From Promethearchaeota archaeon (GTDB taxonomy: Archaea; Asgardarchaeota; Lokiarchaeia; Sigyniarchaeales; SOKP01), in the NCBI GenBank assembly GCA_019058365.1, contig JAHPZE010000002.1, positions 256,001 to 320,000 on the forward strand: DNA of 64,000 nucleotides. Reading direction: 5' to 3'. The notes beneath the pieces are model-generated. The model was not told the origin of the DNA. It saw only the letters and a list, made by a program, of their open reading frames with translations, and ran no database searches. Every line of letters begins with the position of its first letter. The stretch's first letter is position 1. Of the stretch, positions 20,297-29,966 are shown piece by piece. Position numbers and translations under genes: made by a program.

Positions 20297-20467
20297 CTAT
20301 TTACCTGAAAACTCCTTCCAAACTTTTAAATCTTCATAAAATTTTAACATCTTTTCAAATTTGGAGATTTTATTTTCATAATAAGTATGATCAGCATATT
20401 TTCTTTTAGATAACTCTTTTGCTGCTAAAATTCCATTTTTATACCGAGTTATTTTTTCATCAATCAC
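20297..20467 (-). CDS. Small hypothetical protein (56 aa)
   Basis: Manual translation from a GTG start: MIDEKITRYKNGILAAKELSKRKYADHTYYENKISKFEKMLKFYEDLKVWKEFSGK*. It is below the ORF-track cutoff. Confidence 0.45.
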   Translation of the reverse strand: MIDEKITRYKNGILAAKELSKRKYADHTYYENKISKFEKMLKFYEDLKVWKEFSGK

Positions 20468-20549
20468 ATTTTTTTTTCAATTATAATCTTATTTAAAACA
20501 CAAAAATATCACGGTATTATCCTATCGAAAGATATAAGCACTGAAGATG

Positions 20550-21494
20550 TTATTTTAATGATAAAATTTTCTTCATTTCTTCTTCTTTTACATTTAACAA
20601 CTCTGAATGAGGAAGTCTTTCTGTAAGTAAACGCCAATTTTTATCTTTTTTAAATATCCTTTTAAACAGTATTAATGCTTTATCCATCTGATTTTGATTT
20701 GCTAAAGAAACTGCGGTCCAATATGTCATTTCAAGATTCTCTGGAAACATTTTCTGCGCAGCATCATACTCTTTAAGTGCTTTAGCCATATCTCCTTTCT
20801 CTATAGCGAGATCTCCATTATTCATATGTTCATAAGCACGAAAAATTTTTAATAGTCTGCTTAATTCTTTCAATGGCTCATTATGATCCTCCACTCTGAG
20901 ATCAATTAAAGGGTCTTCCCATTTATTCTCTGTTGGTTCACCAGCAACTATTAATATCGCAGCAGATTGTTTGCCTCTTATATCACCTCCAACCGATTCC
21001 GCAGCTTCTAGGCTTTTAATTATTCGCTCTGGTAATGATAAATTATCACATCTTTTAAATGCTTCGGCCATTGCTGGCCATACTTCATCAGAAAGCATCA
21101 TATTTGCCTGAACAGAAAAACTATTACCGATTTTATGTCCAGCATGTTTTATACATTTTGGACCAGTATGTGTTGCTACACGTCCTTGTGTATCTAAAAT
21201 AGCTACTTGTCTTACATCTCTACCATCGTCATCTGAGATTAAGAGATTAATTGCTTCTTGAGGTGATTTACCTTGTCTTAGAAGTTCAAGTCCTCTAAGA
21301 CCGAAAGACTTATTAACAAGTGATTGTGTTGCTACAACACCAATTCCCGCTTCTCCCCATGAAACAACGCTTCCAACTGAAAACCAATGACTTTGCACTC
21401 CAACACCCATTTCTCCAGTTTTAGGATCTCTCGCAACTATAGAATAAGTATGTGCGAAAAAGTTATTCTTAGATCGATTATTCTTTTGATTCAT
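20550..21494 (-). CDS. DUF1028 (Ntn-hydrolase-like) protein with C-terminal TPR
   Basis: TYSIVARD, GVVATQS, GGDIRGKQSAA and DLRVEDH motifs; TPR tail. Confidence 0.88.
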   Translation of the reverse strand: MNQKNNRSKNNFFAHTYSIVARDPKTGEMGVGVQSHWFSVGSVVSWGEAGIGVVATQSLVNKSFGLRGLELLRQGKSPQEAINLLISDDDGRDVRQVAILDTQGRVATHTGPKCIKHAGHKIGNSFSVQANMMLSDEVWPAMAEAFKRCDNLSLPERIIKSLEAAESVGGDIRGKQSAAILIVAGEPTENKWEDPLIDLRVEDHNEPLKELSRLLKIFRAYEHMNNGDLAIEKGDMAKALKEYDAAQKMFPENLEMTYWTAVSLANQNQMDKALILFKRIFKKDKNWRLLTERLPHSELLNVKEEEMKKILSLK

Positions 21495-21635
21495 TGTTAT
21501 TAGATCGGTTTAAAAACTTAAAAAAGTTTTATTATTCCTTTTTTAATTTATTGATATTTCAGAATGAAAAATGTTAAATTCTTTTATAATTTAAAACCTT
21601 AATAAAAATCATTAATTCATATAAGATGATTTCAA

Positions 21636-21965
21636 ATGACTAAAAAGTATAAAAACGAAGGTTTGATGAAATTTTTAACCATCATTGGCGGTTTAGTAGC
21701 TTTAGCAAGTCAAATATTCGCAATCTTTGACTTTCAGTGGATACTAGGACGATACGTAGGATATTATGATCCTGTATATGCAATTATTGGAATTATTATC
21801 TCGGTTATAACAATCTACACCGCAATTAATCCTGATAACCCTTTTCCATTTCACTGGCTATTTCTTTTTGTATTAGGGGTATTAATTATTATTTTTGCTG
21901 GTGGAGTAATAGCTTGTGCACTACTAATCATTGCAGCTTTAATTGGATTAATTGAAGCTCTATAA
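21636..21965 (+). CDS. Small integral membrane protein
   Basis: Three to four hydrophobic segments in 109 aa. Confidence 0.65.
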   Translation: MTKKYKNEGLMKFLTIIGGLVALASQIFAIFDFQWILGRYVGYYDPVYAIIGIIISVITIYTAINPDNPFPFHWLFLFVLGVLIIIFAGGVIACALLIIAALIGLIEAL

Positions 21966-22031
21966 GTAGAAATATAAGAAATTAAAATCAAACAAATATT
22001 AATTTTTTTCTTTTTGTTTTATATATTACCT

Positions 22032-22904
22032 TCAAATACTAGCACTTTTTAGAAAATAATTAATTATTTCCTCCGCAATATTGAAATCTGTAACCTTTTG
22101 TAATGCTGTAAATCCGGGAATTGAATTTACCTCCAATACGGTAAGACCATTTTCGCTCTCTATTATGTCAACACCTGCAATTTCGGTTTTAGTTATTTTT
22201 GCTGACTTTATAGCAAGATTTTTCATTTCATTAGTTAATTCTATAGGTTCGGCTCTCGCTCCAGTGTAGATATTTGTTTTCCAACTATCACTTACCCTAT
22301 ACATTCCAGTAATAACTTTATCTCCCAATACTAAAATTCTAATATCTCGATTGTGATGTTCAACAAATTCTTGTAAGTAGAAAACTTGATTTATCTGGCC
22401 AAGAGAAAAAATAATATTTTCCGCAAATGCTTTATCATTCAATCTAGTTATTCCAATTCCTTTTGAACCATATAAAGGTTTTAAAACACAATCTCCTCCT
22501 AATTCATCAAAGGCTTCCAAAGCTTTATGAGGATCTTCGCAAACTACTGTTTTTGGAGTAGGAATATCGTGATTTTCCAAAAAAACTGATGTTAAAAATT
22601 TATCGCTTGCGATTTCTAATGATTCTCTTGAATTAATTAATTTTATATCATATTCTTCTAATGATCTTAAAATATCAAGCCTAAAAAATATTTTTTGAGT
22701 ATCTGCGGCACCAAATCCCCTTACAAGAGCAGCTTTAGGTTCAAGGCATTCAAATTGTTTGTAAAAATCACGCTGGAAACCAATCCCTACTTTTATCGTT
22801 GATGGAATAAAATAATGAACATTAAAGCCTCGCTTTTCTAATTCAACGGAGAGGATTTGGACTTCTGAGTCTTGTGAATTTGGAGTTATAATCATTGATT
22901 CCAT
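22032..22904 (-). CDS. RimK/LysX/MptN-type ATP-grasp alpha-L-glutamate ligase
   Basis: DKFLT, VLKPLYGSKGIG, QEFV, AGVDI and LEVNSIPGF motifs. Confidence 0.88.
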   Translation of the reverse strand: MESMIITPNSQDSEVQILSVELEKRGFNVHYFIPSTIKVGIGFQRDFYKQFECLEPKAALVRGFGAADTQKIFFRLDILRSLEEYDIKLINSRESLEIASDKFLTSVFLENHDIPTPKTVVCEDPHKALEAFDELGGDCVLKPLYGSKGIGITRLNDKAFAENIIFSLGQINQVFYLQEFVEHHNRDIRILVLGDKVITGMYRVSDSWKTNIYTGARAEPIELTNEMKNLAIKSAKITKTEIAGVDIIESENGLTVLEVNSIPGFTALQKVTDFNIAEEIINYFLKSASI

Positions 22905-22985
22905 ATCAATATCACTTTAAAATAAATTACTTAATTAATCTATAGCACTAATTTTTAAATAAATTTAAGTTCTTATAAATTATAT

Positions 22986-23612
22986 ATGAAATCAATGGAT
23001 CCTAAAGACGGTGAAAATGAAATTGAGAAATTATTACAGATACTTAGTAAAGTTCAAAATATCTACTATAAAAAAAAAGAGCAACTCGAAGAGTTGCAAT
23101 CAGAGATTAGTGAATTAAGAGAAGTATTAAATTTCTTAAATTCTCTCATATCAGGAAAATCATTTCACAGCGCAGACGAGATTTACTCAAAATCATTTAT
23201 TAAAAAAGTGGATGGACCAATTGAAGAACAATACTTCGTAGAAGATATCTCAAAAGAAAGAGTTGAGGGAACAAATATCAAAAGAAAGATTTTTTCTAAA
23301 AATAAGAATAATGATGAAGAATTATTATGTATCTTGAACTTTTATGATTTGAATCGGGTTGTAATAAAAATTGTTGAACCAGAAAAGCTGTCCATAAAAG
23401 AATCTTCTGAAGAATTTATCCGTATCTTCATTAAAGGAGCACTTGTAGAAATAATAGAGAATAATCCTAATATGAGCTTGAAATATGATTATTATAAAAG
23501 TTCGGATGTAATTAAACATATTAATATTACTAATTTGAAATCAATAAAAGAATATGATATAATTACTTCAAAAATGAGAGAGCTTTTAAGCCAAAGAGCT
23601 TGGAAAGGATAA
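22986..23612 (+). CDS. Hypothetical protein with an N-terminal coiled coil
   Basis: 208-aa ORF with a heptad-rich N-terminus. Confidence 0.6.
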   Translation: MKSMDPKDGENEIEKLLQILSKVQNIYYKKKEQLEELQSEISELREVLNFLNSLISGKSFHSADEIYSKSFIKKVDGPIEEQYFVEDISKERVEGTNIKRKIFSKNKNNDEELLCILNFYDLNRVVIKIVEPEKLSIKESSEEFIRIFIKGALVEIIENNPNMSLKYDYYKSSDVIKHINITNLKSIKEYDIITSKMRELLSQRAWKG

Positions 23613-23791
23613 AAAAATATAATTTTGCTCTTTTAATTATCAAGTTATTCAAAAGAACTCATTCAAAATGGTTGATTTTATATACAAAATATTATATTGA
23701 GATAATATATTGTTTAATTAGAATAGGAAAAATTAATTATGCAGTAATTCTTATTTAAGTTAACCAAATTACCATATGGAAAGTATTCACA

Positions 23792-24604
23792 ATGGCAAAG
23801 AAAAAATCTTGGTTACAAATGCCAAAAGTCCATTCGAAATTTCATGATGAAAAACTCGAAAGTGTATTAATTGAAAAAGCTTTAGAGTTTTTAACTGGTG
23901 AAAATGTTGATGCCCCTTCTTTTTTATTCCTTTCAGGAGCTTTTTTTGATGTGAAATCATTCGCTTATTCCGGATTAAGAGCTTGGAAAGGTATTGTAAA
24001 ACCATCAGAAGATAATGGTGGTAGAAGACCTGTATTGGAAGCCACTTTTGCTTCTTTATCTGTGTATTTAAGTTCTTTATTAGCGCTTCAAGCTGATTTT
24101 TATTTCGCGTATGATGAAATTAAGGATATTTTATTGGAAAAGAAAAGAGAGGATCTCTGGACGATTGTTTCAGAAAAGTTGCCATTTATCTCAATCCCTC
24201 CAAAAGAAATGTATGGGACTCAAGTATCTCCTATATCTCCTTATTTTGTTATTAAACAAGACGAAGAATTAACGTTAGGAGAAATATATCCATCTGCGTA
24301 TTTATCTCAAATTATAAAGAATATTAAAACAAGATTTTTTATCTTTTTTCAATACCAAGGATACTCCGCTTTTGGATTTTTTAATGCACTACCCGAACTA
24401 TCTAAATTTGGGTTTGAAGAGCACGCGAATGATTTTAATGGGGATCCAACCGCAGAAAATTTAATCAAATACGCAAAAAATGCAAAGAATGTTAAAGAAA
24501 TATTAATTGCACTTATTCATGCCTATAATAACGCTTTGCTTGAACAATTTTTAATACCCGATTATGAATTATTATTAAATAAATTACTGGAGGGAGAAGC
24601 GTAG
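23792..24604 (+). CDS. Hypothetical protein abutting a small GTPase gene
   Basis: 270-aa ORF; its TAG stop is immediately followed by the TTG start of the GTPase. Confidence 0.65.
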   Translation: MAKKKSWLQMPKVHSKFHDEKLESVLIEKALEFLTGENVDAPSFLFLSGAFFDVKSFAYSGLRAWKGIVKPSEDNGGRRPVLEATFASLSVYLSSLLALQADFYFAYDEIKDILLEKKREDLWTIVSEKLPFISIPPKEMYGTQVSPISPYFVIKQDEELTLGEIYPSAYLSQIIKNIKTRFFIFFQYQGYSAFGFFNALPELSKFGFEEHANDFNGDPTAENLIKYAKNAKNVKEILIALIHAYNNALLEQFLIPDYELLLNKLLEGEA

Positions 24605-25240
24605 TTGGTTAATATCGGTTTATTAGGAGATGTGTCCGTTGGAAAAACGAGCATCCTTCGTTTATTTGTGCGATATTTAAAGAAAGGGGATATTGAAAAG
24701 GTAAAAGGTGGATTAAAATGTTCTGTGGTTAAAGCGGATTTTTCTGGAGAAGCTACAGTCCCAGGAGGAGAAAAAGAGGATGCTCTTAATGAAAAAGAGA
24801 CAAAAACTATTCACCCTAACCGAATTGTGTTTCGGGAAGACGCAACAAATAAAGCACATACGATTTTCGCCCCTGGTGGCGACCGAGCCCGTGCTGTAGT
24901 TAAAATGGGCATTATAACAATTTCAAGAATTGCAACCCAAATAATAGCTGTTTTTTCTCTTGATAGAGAACTGGCTCCTCAATTTGAATTTTTTAATGAT
25001 GTTAGGTTTTTTCCAGATAAAATATATGTTTGTATAAATAAAATTGATTTAGTTGAAGGAAACAAAGAGAAAAAACTTAATGAGGTAAAAACGCAGATTA
25101 TTGATTTTTTTAAAACGCGAAAAATAGCGATTAATGACACATTTATAACCTGTGGTGAAACCATAGAAGGATTTGCAGATGTTGAAACGTATAATAATCA
25201 AGTCGCAGAAATGATTCTAGAAATTACTACTAAACATTAA
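24605..25240 (+). CDS. Small Ras-like/MglA-like GTPase with an atypical G3 motif
   Basis: G1 GDVSVGKT and G4 NKID present; DxxG replaced by APGG. Confidence 0.8.
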   Translation: MVNIGLLGDVSVGKTSILRLFVRYLKKGDIEKVKGGLKCSVVKADFSGEATVPGGEKEDALNEKETKTIHPNRIVFREDATNKAHTIFAPGGDRARAVVKMGIITISRIATQIIAVFSLDRELAPQFEFFNDVRFFPDKIYVCINKIDLVEGNKEKKLNEVKTQIIDFFKTRKIAINDTFITCGETIEGFADVETYNNQVAEMILEITTKH

Positions 25241-25284
25241 TATTTTTTCAATTTTGAAGTTTAAAAATTAAGTATGCTCTCATT

Positions 25285-25800
25285 TTAATTTTTCAATTTT
25301 AACGCAATTTTTAAAAATAACTTTTCTAAATCTAGTAAATATCCAATTAAAGGAGTTAAACTTACTTTATTCAAATTCTTTTCAAACAATACAAATCCCA
25401 TTTTTTTTAATTCTTTTATATCTTCTATTACCCCTTTTTTTTTACGAAGTTCTATTATTTTTTGAATTGTAGTTTCCCCAGAACTACTAAAACAACATAT
25501 TAAGGTGCAAAATAAGGTTGCAGCTAATCTAGGGTTTCCCTCAAATGGATTTGCCGAGATAATTTCAGTTGTTTCCGGATCAAAAGATATATACCAGTAA
25601 GAATTCAGAGGATTAAATCTTACTTGAAGACCTAAAGGTTCAAGATAATTAGATGCGTTATTAATTAAGTTCTGAAAATAAATCGATTTATTCTTATCTT
25701 TAACACTCAACGCGTTAAGAATTTCTTTTTTTGTCGAACCTATTATTGATATATTTTCCTTTTTGCTTAATAAATGTATTAAAACACTTAATTCATTCAC
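25285..25800 (-). CDS. Tandem winged-helix KITE-like SMC accessory subunit (Nse1/Nse3/ScpB-like)
   Basis: Two wHTH-like halves; last gene of the SMC operon. Confidence 0.6.
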   Translation of the reverse strand: MNELSVLIHLLSKKENISIIGSTKKEILNALSVKDKNKSIYFQNLINNASNYLEPLGLQVRFNPLNSYWYISFDPETTEIISANPFEGNPRLAATLFCTLICCFSSSGETTIQKIIELRKKKGVIEDIKELKKMGFVLFEKNLNKVSLTPLIGYLLDLEKLFLKIALKLKN

Positions 25801-25816
25801 TTTTCATTCATCTCTT

Positions 25817-26464
25817 TTATAAATACAAAAAATTCGTTTCTTTTTGATATTTTAATTTCCCTATCTGGAGTAGATGTAAAAGATATACAAAATATTCAAA
25901 AATTTTTATTTGATCATCTTCATCGCTAAAGATCTCATCATATGAACACGGTAACTTGTTTTTAATAGAATCAAAAAAAGCAATCATTTTCTCAGTGAAT
26001 TTTTTATTAGGTATTTCTAATAAGAAATTTCCTTTTGAATCTATCTTATCAATTGGTTCAATTGTAAAAGGTTCTCCTTTCTTAGCTACTAAGCGATCTT
26101 TAGAATATTCAAGAAATTCCAAGGAAAGCATATTAATAATAAAAGGTTCTCTCCAGCAGTCCCTAAATAATTTAAATATTTCTGTATCTTTTGGATTTGT
26201 TCTTAAAAAGGTTATAAATTTATCTTTGTTATCTAAATAGTTTAGGAAAATTTTTAATTCTTCAAATTTTTGACTGAGTAGTTGAAATGCACTCATATAT
26301 GTTATTGAATATTCATTAATGTTATAGATATTAAGAGAATCCTTCAAATTCTCAAAAATTGGTACTAATTCAATATCCAAAAGTGAAATTTCTCCTGAAA
26401 GAACTCTTGTTTTAATATCTTCAATTTTCTTATTTATCTCTTCAGAAAAATCTTGATAATCCAT
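25817..26464 (-). CDS. Kleisin (ScpA/Nse4-like)
   Basis: N-terminal ISLLDIEL helix and C-terminal wHTH (FVYLLHLLQIGKLKYQ) typical of kleisins; adjacent to SMC. Confidence 0.7.
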   Translation of the reverse strand: MDYQDFSEEINKKIEDIKTRVLSGEISLLDIELVPIFENLKDSLNIYNINEYSITYMSAFQLLSQKFEELKIFLNYLDNKDKFITFLRTNPKDTEIFKLFRDCWREPFIINMLSLEFLEYSKDRLVAKKGEPFTIEPIDKIDSKGNFLLEIPNKKFTEKMIAFFDSIKNKLPCSYDEIFSDEDDQIKIFEYFVYLLHLLQIGKLKYQKETNFLYL

Positions 26465-26477
26465 TTTTAATCATAAT

Positions 26478-29400
26478 TTATTTTTTTTTGATGATTTTTG
26501 GTTTAAATACAGAAGAAATTTCATTCTTTCCTACTCTGGCAATTCCAATTAATTTTTCAGCAAGTAAGAATAATGAATTTGACGATTTGGGCAAGAACAT
26601 AAATAATTGTATTGGATTTTGTTCCAACGTTGCCTTTATTAGTTGATATGCTACTTCAGAGTTCTTTTCATCTAAAAACATACCTGGTTCATCAAGTAAA
26701 CACAGCGGAGAAGGTTTAATTTCTTGAAGGGATAAAATTAAACAAATTGATATTAAAGAAACTTGACCGCCACTAAGAGCAGTAAATGATTTTAATTGGT
26801 CCTTTGAAGTAGCTGCTTTAATATTAACACCTAACTCTTCAAAATTTCCCGTCAACTCTAAAGAACAATAAGATTTTACCTGAGAATCTTGGAATTTTTT
26901 ATTAACTCTCTTTTGTAGATTTTCAAGTAAACCACTGAATTTTTCATAATATGTTTTTTCCATCTTATTTTCTGTTTTAATCGCTGATTTAACGTCATTT
27001 TCAAGCGCTTTTTGATTTTTCGAGATTTGCTTAAGAGATGCTAATATCTGATCTTTTTCAATTAGAATTGAATCATCAACATCTAAATATTTGAGTAATT
27101 CTTTATCTATACCAGAGATATCCCCTTTGATATCTTCTATGGGGCGAATCATGATTATTTCTTTTAAAATTAAAGGACTTATTTCAGAGTTAATTCTCTC
27201 TAAATCACTTTTTTTTGAATATAGATCTTGATTATAGGAATTTAATTTGATATTTTCTTGTTCAAAAGTTAATGTTATTTGAATAGATTTCCTCTCTAAT
27301 TCACTTTTTTTGTTTTGTATTAATAAAATTTCACTTTTTAAATTTGAAATCTTTTTTTTAGTTATTTCAAGTTCTTCTTCAATATTTTCTAATTGCCGAT
27401 ATGTGTTGAATGCTGTAGTGTCTGCTTTTTGAAAAGCTTCTTTCTTTGTTTCATACTCTTTTTGAATTAAGTTCTTTCCTAATATTTGTTTATTTAGATT
27501 ATCTTTCACTTCTTCTATGATGTCTGAATTCTCACTTAATTTCAAATCCCATTTTTTCTTATCTTCATTAAGTAAAGCTAATTCTTTAGGAATTTCTTTT
27601 ATTCTGTCATTCCATTTAAAAAATTCTGGATCAGTTTGAGATTTTAGATCTTGAATTTGCTGATCAAATTCTTTAATTTCATCTTTAAGAAACTGATTAG
27701 TCTTTTCCAACTCATGCATTTGATCGTATAATTGGTTTTTTTTTGATGTAATTCTTTGTTTTTGGTTAAAATTGTATAGAAGATCGTTAAAAGATTCCTT
27801 CTTTTTAAAGATATCTTGCTGAATTGTATCTATTTTAGCCTGTTCAACCTTCAATTCTGAAATGTTATTATTTAAAGATTTTACATCAGACTCTAGAACC
27901 TCAGACTGTTCTCTTTGTGTACCAGCACTTAATAATCCCTTTAATCTTTTTAAGTAAGGGGTTTCATATACATATTTATAAGATATTATTTGTTCTCCTT
28001 TTAGTGTAACACACTTTCCTTTGAAATTAAGAGAATTATAAATTTCTCTCCCAGAATGATAATCTTTTACAACAAGGCAATTTTTTACCTTTGAGTAAAT
28101 AACTTTCTTAATATCAATATCATCATCGATAATTTTAATTAATTCTGCTAAATAACCTAGCACACCATTAGCCGAAATTTTCATCATAAGCCTTATATCT
28201 ATATTTTTGGGTAGATAGATATTGCAATATGCACCAAATTTTTCTTTTAATCTCTTTAACAAGTTTAAAGTATCCCAATCTTCAGCAACAAAACTATAGA
28301 GTAATTTTTCACCAAGAACAGATTCAATTGCGTAACTTAACTCATCTTCATATTTTAAATAATCAATTATTGGACCCTTTACTTTTAATCCTCTTTTTTT
28401 TATCTCATCTTTAAGAATGGTTATATTTGATGGAAGAATTACTCTCCGTTCTCTAAGTGAAGCCTGCAAAATTTGTAGCTTTTTTAATTTTTTTGATTTC
28501 TCTAATGTTAAATGATTCATTTCAGAATCAATTTCATATATTCTTAATGATGCCCTTTTTAGTTCTTCATCAAGCTGAATCAATAGATTTTTTGTAGGAT
28601 TACCTAAAAACCATTTATTTTTTTCTAATTTATGTTCAATATCTTTAAAACTTTGAAAAAGTTGATTAATTTCATTATTAGATGCTTGTATTGATTTCTC
28701 ATTCTCTTGAATTCTAACTAATCGCTCTTTTTTTTCAATATTTATATGATTGTAATTATCCAAAAGGACTTTATTTTGTGCTATTTTTTTTATTAACTGA
28801 TTTTGTTCTATTATTAAGTTATCAATTTTTAAACCAGAATTTTTACTTTCTCTTCTTACTATTTTAATTTCATTTTCTAAGCTTTCTAGCTGTTTCTTAA
28901 AATTAGTGATAACCCTTGTAAGCTCGTTAATTTTTCCTGATAACTCATCTAACTCTTGTTTTGCTAAAATTTTATCTTTTTGCCAATTTTGGATTTTTGT
29001 AATTAATTCTTGCTTTTTATAAATTAATTCTCCCACTTTTTCAGATAGCTTATTTATGTTTTGTTCCTGTTTTGAAATTTTATTAGATAAAAGTTCTATT
29101 TCTTTATCTGAAAGGTCTTTCTTTTTTCTAATACTTTCTATGACAGATACGACATTTTTAATCATCTCTTCAATATTGATAATATCCTTTTCTAATTTGT
29201 CTTTATTTGCCCATAAAAGTTCGTCATTGAATTTATTTCTAATTTCTAATAACTCATTTTTTAGTTGTAAGCGTTCTAATTTTGGATTTAATAGCTCCAA
29301 GCTTATATTCAATGTGTTCTTTCTACTTTTTAATGATTGAAGGTCTTTATTCAAATTTAAAACGTTACTCTTCTGGTGTAATAATTCTTCTCTCAGATCT

Positions 29401-29945
29401 TTTAATCCAATTCCCTCCTCTAGAAACGAACATAATTCTGTTGGTTTCAAATTTTTAATTGCATCAATTTTTCCTTGACTTACAAAAGCAAAGTGATTAT
29501 CTGGATTAATTTTAAAATCAGAAATTAATTTTTGAATTTCTTGGACTGGAACTTTTTTAAATTCTCTATCTTCCTTTCTCTGAATTTTGAAGAAAGGAGA
29601 TTGTCCCCTAATTACATATCTTCTTATTTTAATTACTTTTTCGTCAATTTGAATATGAATTTCAACCATAGCATGATTTTGTCCATTCCTAATAAAGTTT
29701 GACCATTTCTTATATCGTTCATCTCTTTCATTACTACCCAAAGCAAATTTAATTGCTTGAAATATTGAGGTTTTTCCACTCCAATTTGGTCCTACTATAA
29801 TCACAAATTTAGATTTACCAAAATCCACTTCATCTTTCTGGAAAGATAAAAAATTTTCTAAAATGATTTTTCTAATAAAAATCCTTGAATTTTCTGTTAG
29901 AAATATTTCCTTTTTCTTCAAGTTAGAGTCTAATCGAGAAGCCAT
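26478..29945 (-). CDS. SMC ATPase, SMC5/6-like
   Basis: Walker A GPNWSGKT, Q-loop FVSQG, coiled coils, hinge (KGPII), signature LSGGQ, Walker B LLDEP and a His-less switch QLFMFLPK. Confidence 0.88.
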   Translation of the reverse strand: MASRLDSNLKKKEIFLTENSRIFIRKIILENFLSFQKDEVDFGKSKFVIIVGPNWSGKTSIFQAIKFALGSNERDERYKKWSNFIRNGQNHAMVEIHIQIDEKVIKIRRYVIRGQSPFFKIQRKEDREFKKVPVQEIQKLISDFKINPDNHFAFVSQGKIDAIKNLKPTELCSFLEEGIGLKDLREELLHQKSNVLNLNKDLQSLKSRKNTLNISLELLNPKLERLQLKNELLEIRNKFNDELLWANKDKLEKDIINIEEMIKNVVSVIESIRKKKDLSDKEIELLSNKISKQEQNINKLSEKVGELIYKKQELITKIQNWQKDKILAKQELDELSGKINELTRVITNFKKQLESLENEIKIVRRESKNSGLKIDNLIIEQNQLIKKIAQNKVLLDNYNHINIEKKERLVRIQENEKSIQASNNEINQLFQSFKDIEHKLEKNKWFLGNPTKNLLIQLDEELKRASLRIYEIDSEMNHLTLEKSKKLKKLQILQASLRERRVILPSNITILKDEIKKRGLKVKGPIIDYLKYEDELSYAIESVLGEKLLYSFVAEDWDTLNLLKRLKEKFGAYCNIYLPKNIDIRLMMKISANGVLGYLAELIKIIDDDIDIKKVIYSKVKNCLVVKDYHSGREIYNSLNFKGKCVTLKGEQIISYKYVYETPYLKRLKGLLSAGTQREQSEVLESDVKSLNNNISELKVEQAKIDTIQQDIFKKKESFNDLLYNFNQKQRITSKKNQLYDQMHELEKTNQFLKDEIKEFDQQIQDLKSQTDPEFFKWNDRIKEIPKELALLNEDKKKWDLKLSENSDIIEEVKDNLNKQILGKNLIQKEYETKKEAFQKADTTAFNTYRQLENIEEELEITKKKISNLKSEILLIQNKKSELERKSIQITLTFEQENIKLNSYNQDLYSKKSDLERINSEISPLILKEIIMIRPIEDIKGDISGIDKELLKYLDVDDSILIEKDQILASLKQISKNQKALENDVKSAIKTENKMEKTYYEKFSGLLENLQKRVNKKFQDSQVKSYCSLELTGNFEELGVNIKAATSKDQLKSFTALSGGQVSLISICLILSLQEIKPSPLCLLDEPGMFLDEKNSEVAYQLIKATLEQNPIQLFMFLPKSSNSLFLLAEKLIGIARVGKNEISSVFKPKIIKKK

Positions 29946-29966
29946 TTTTACCTCATTTAATATTAT

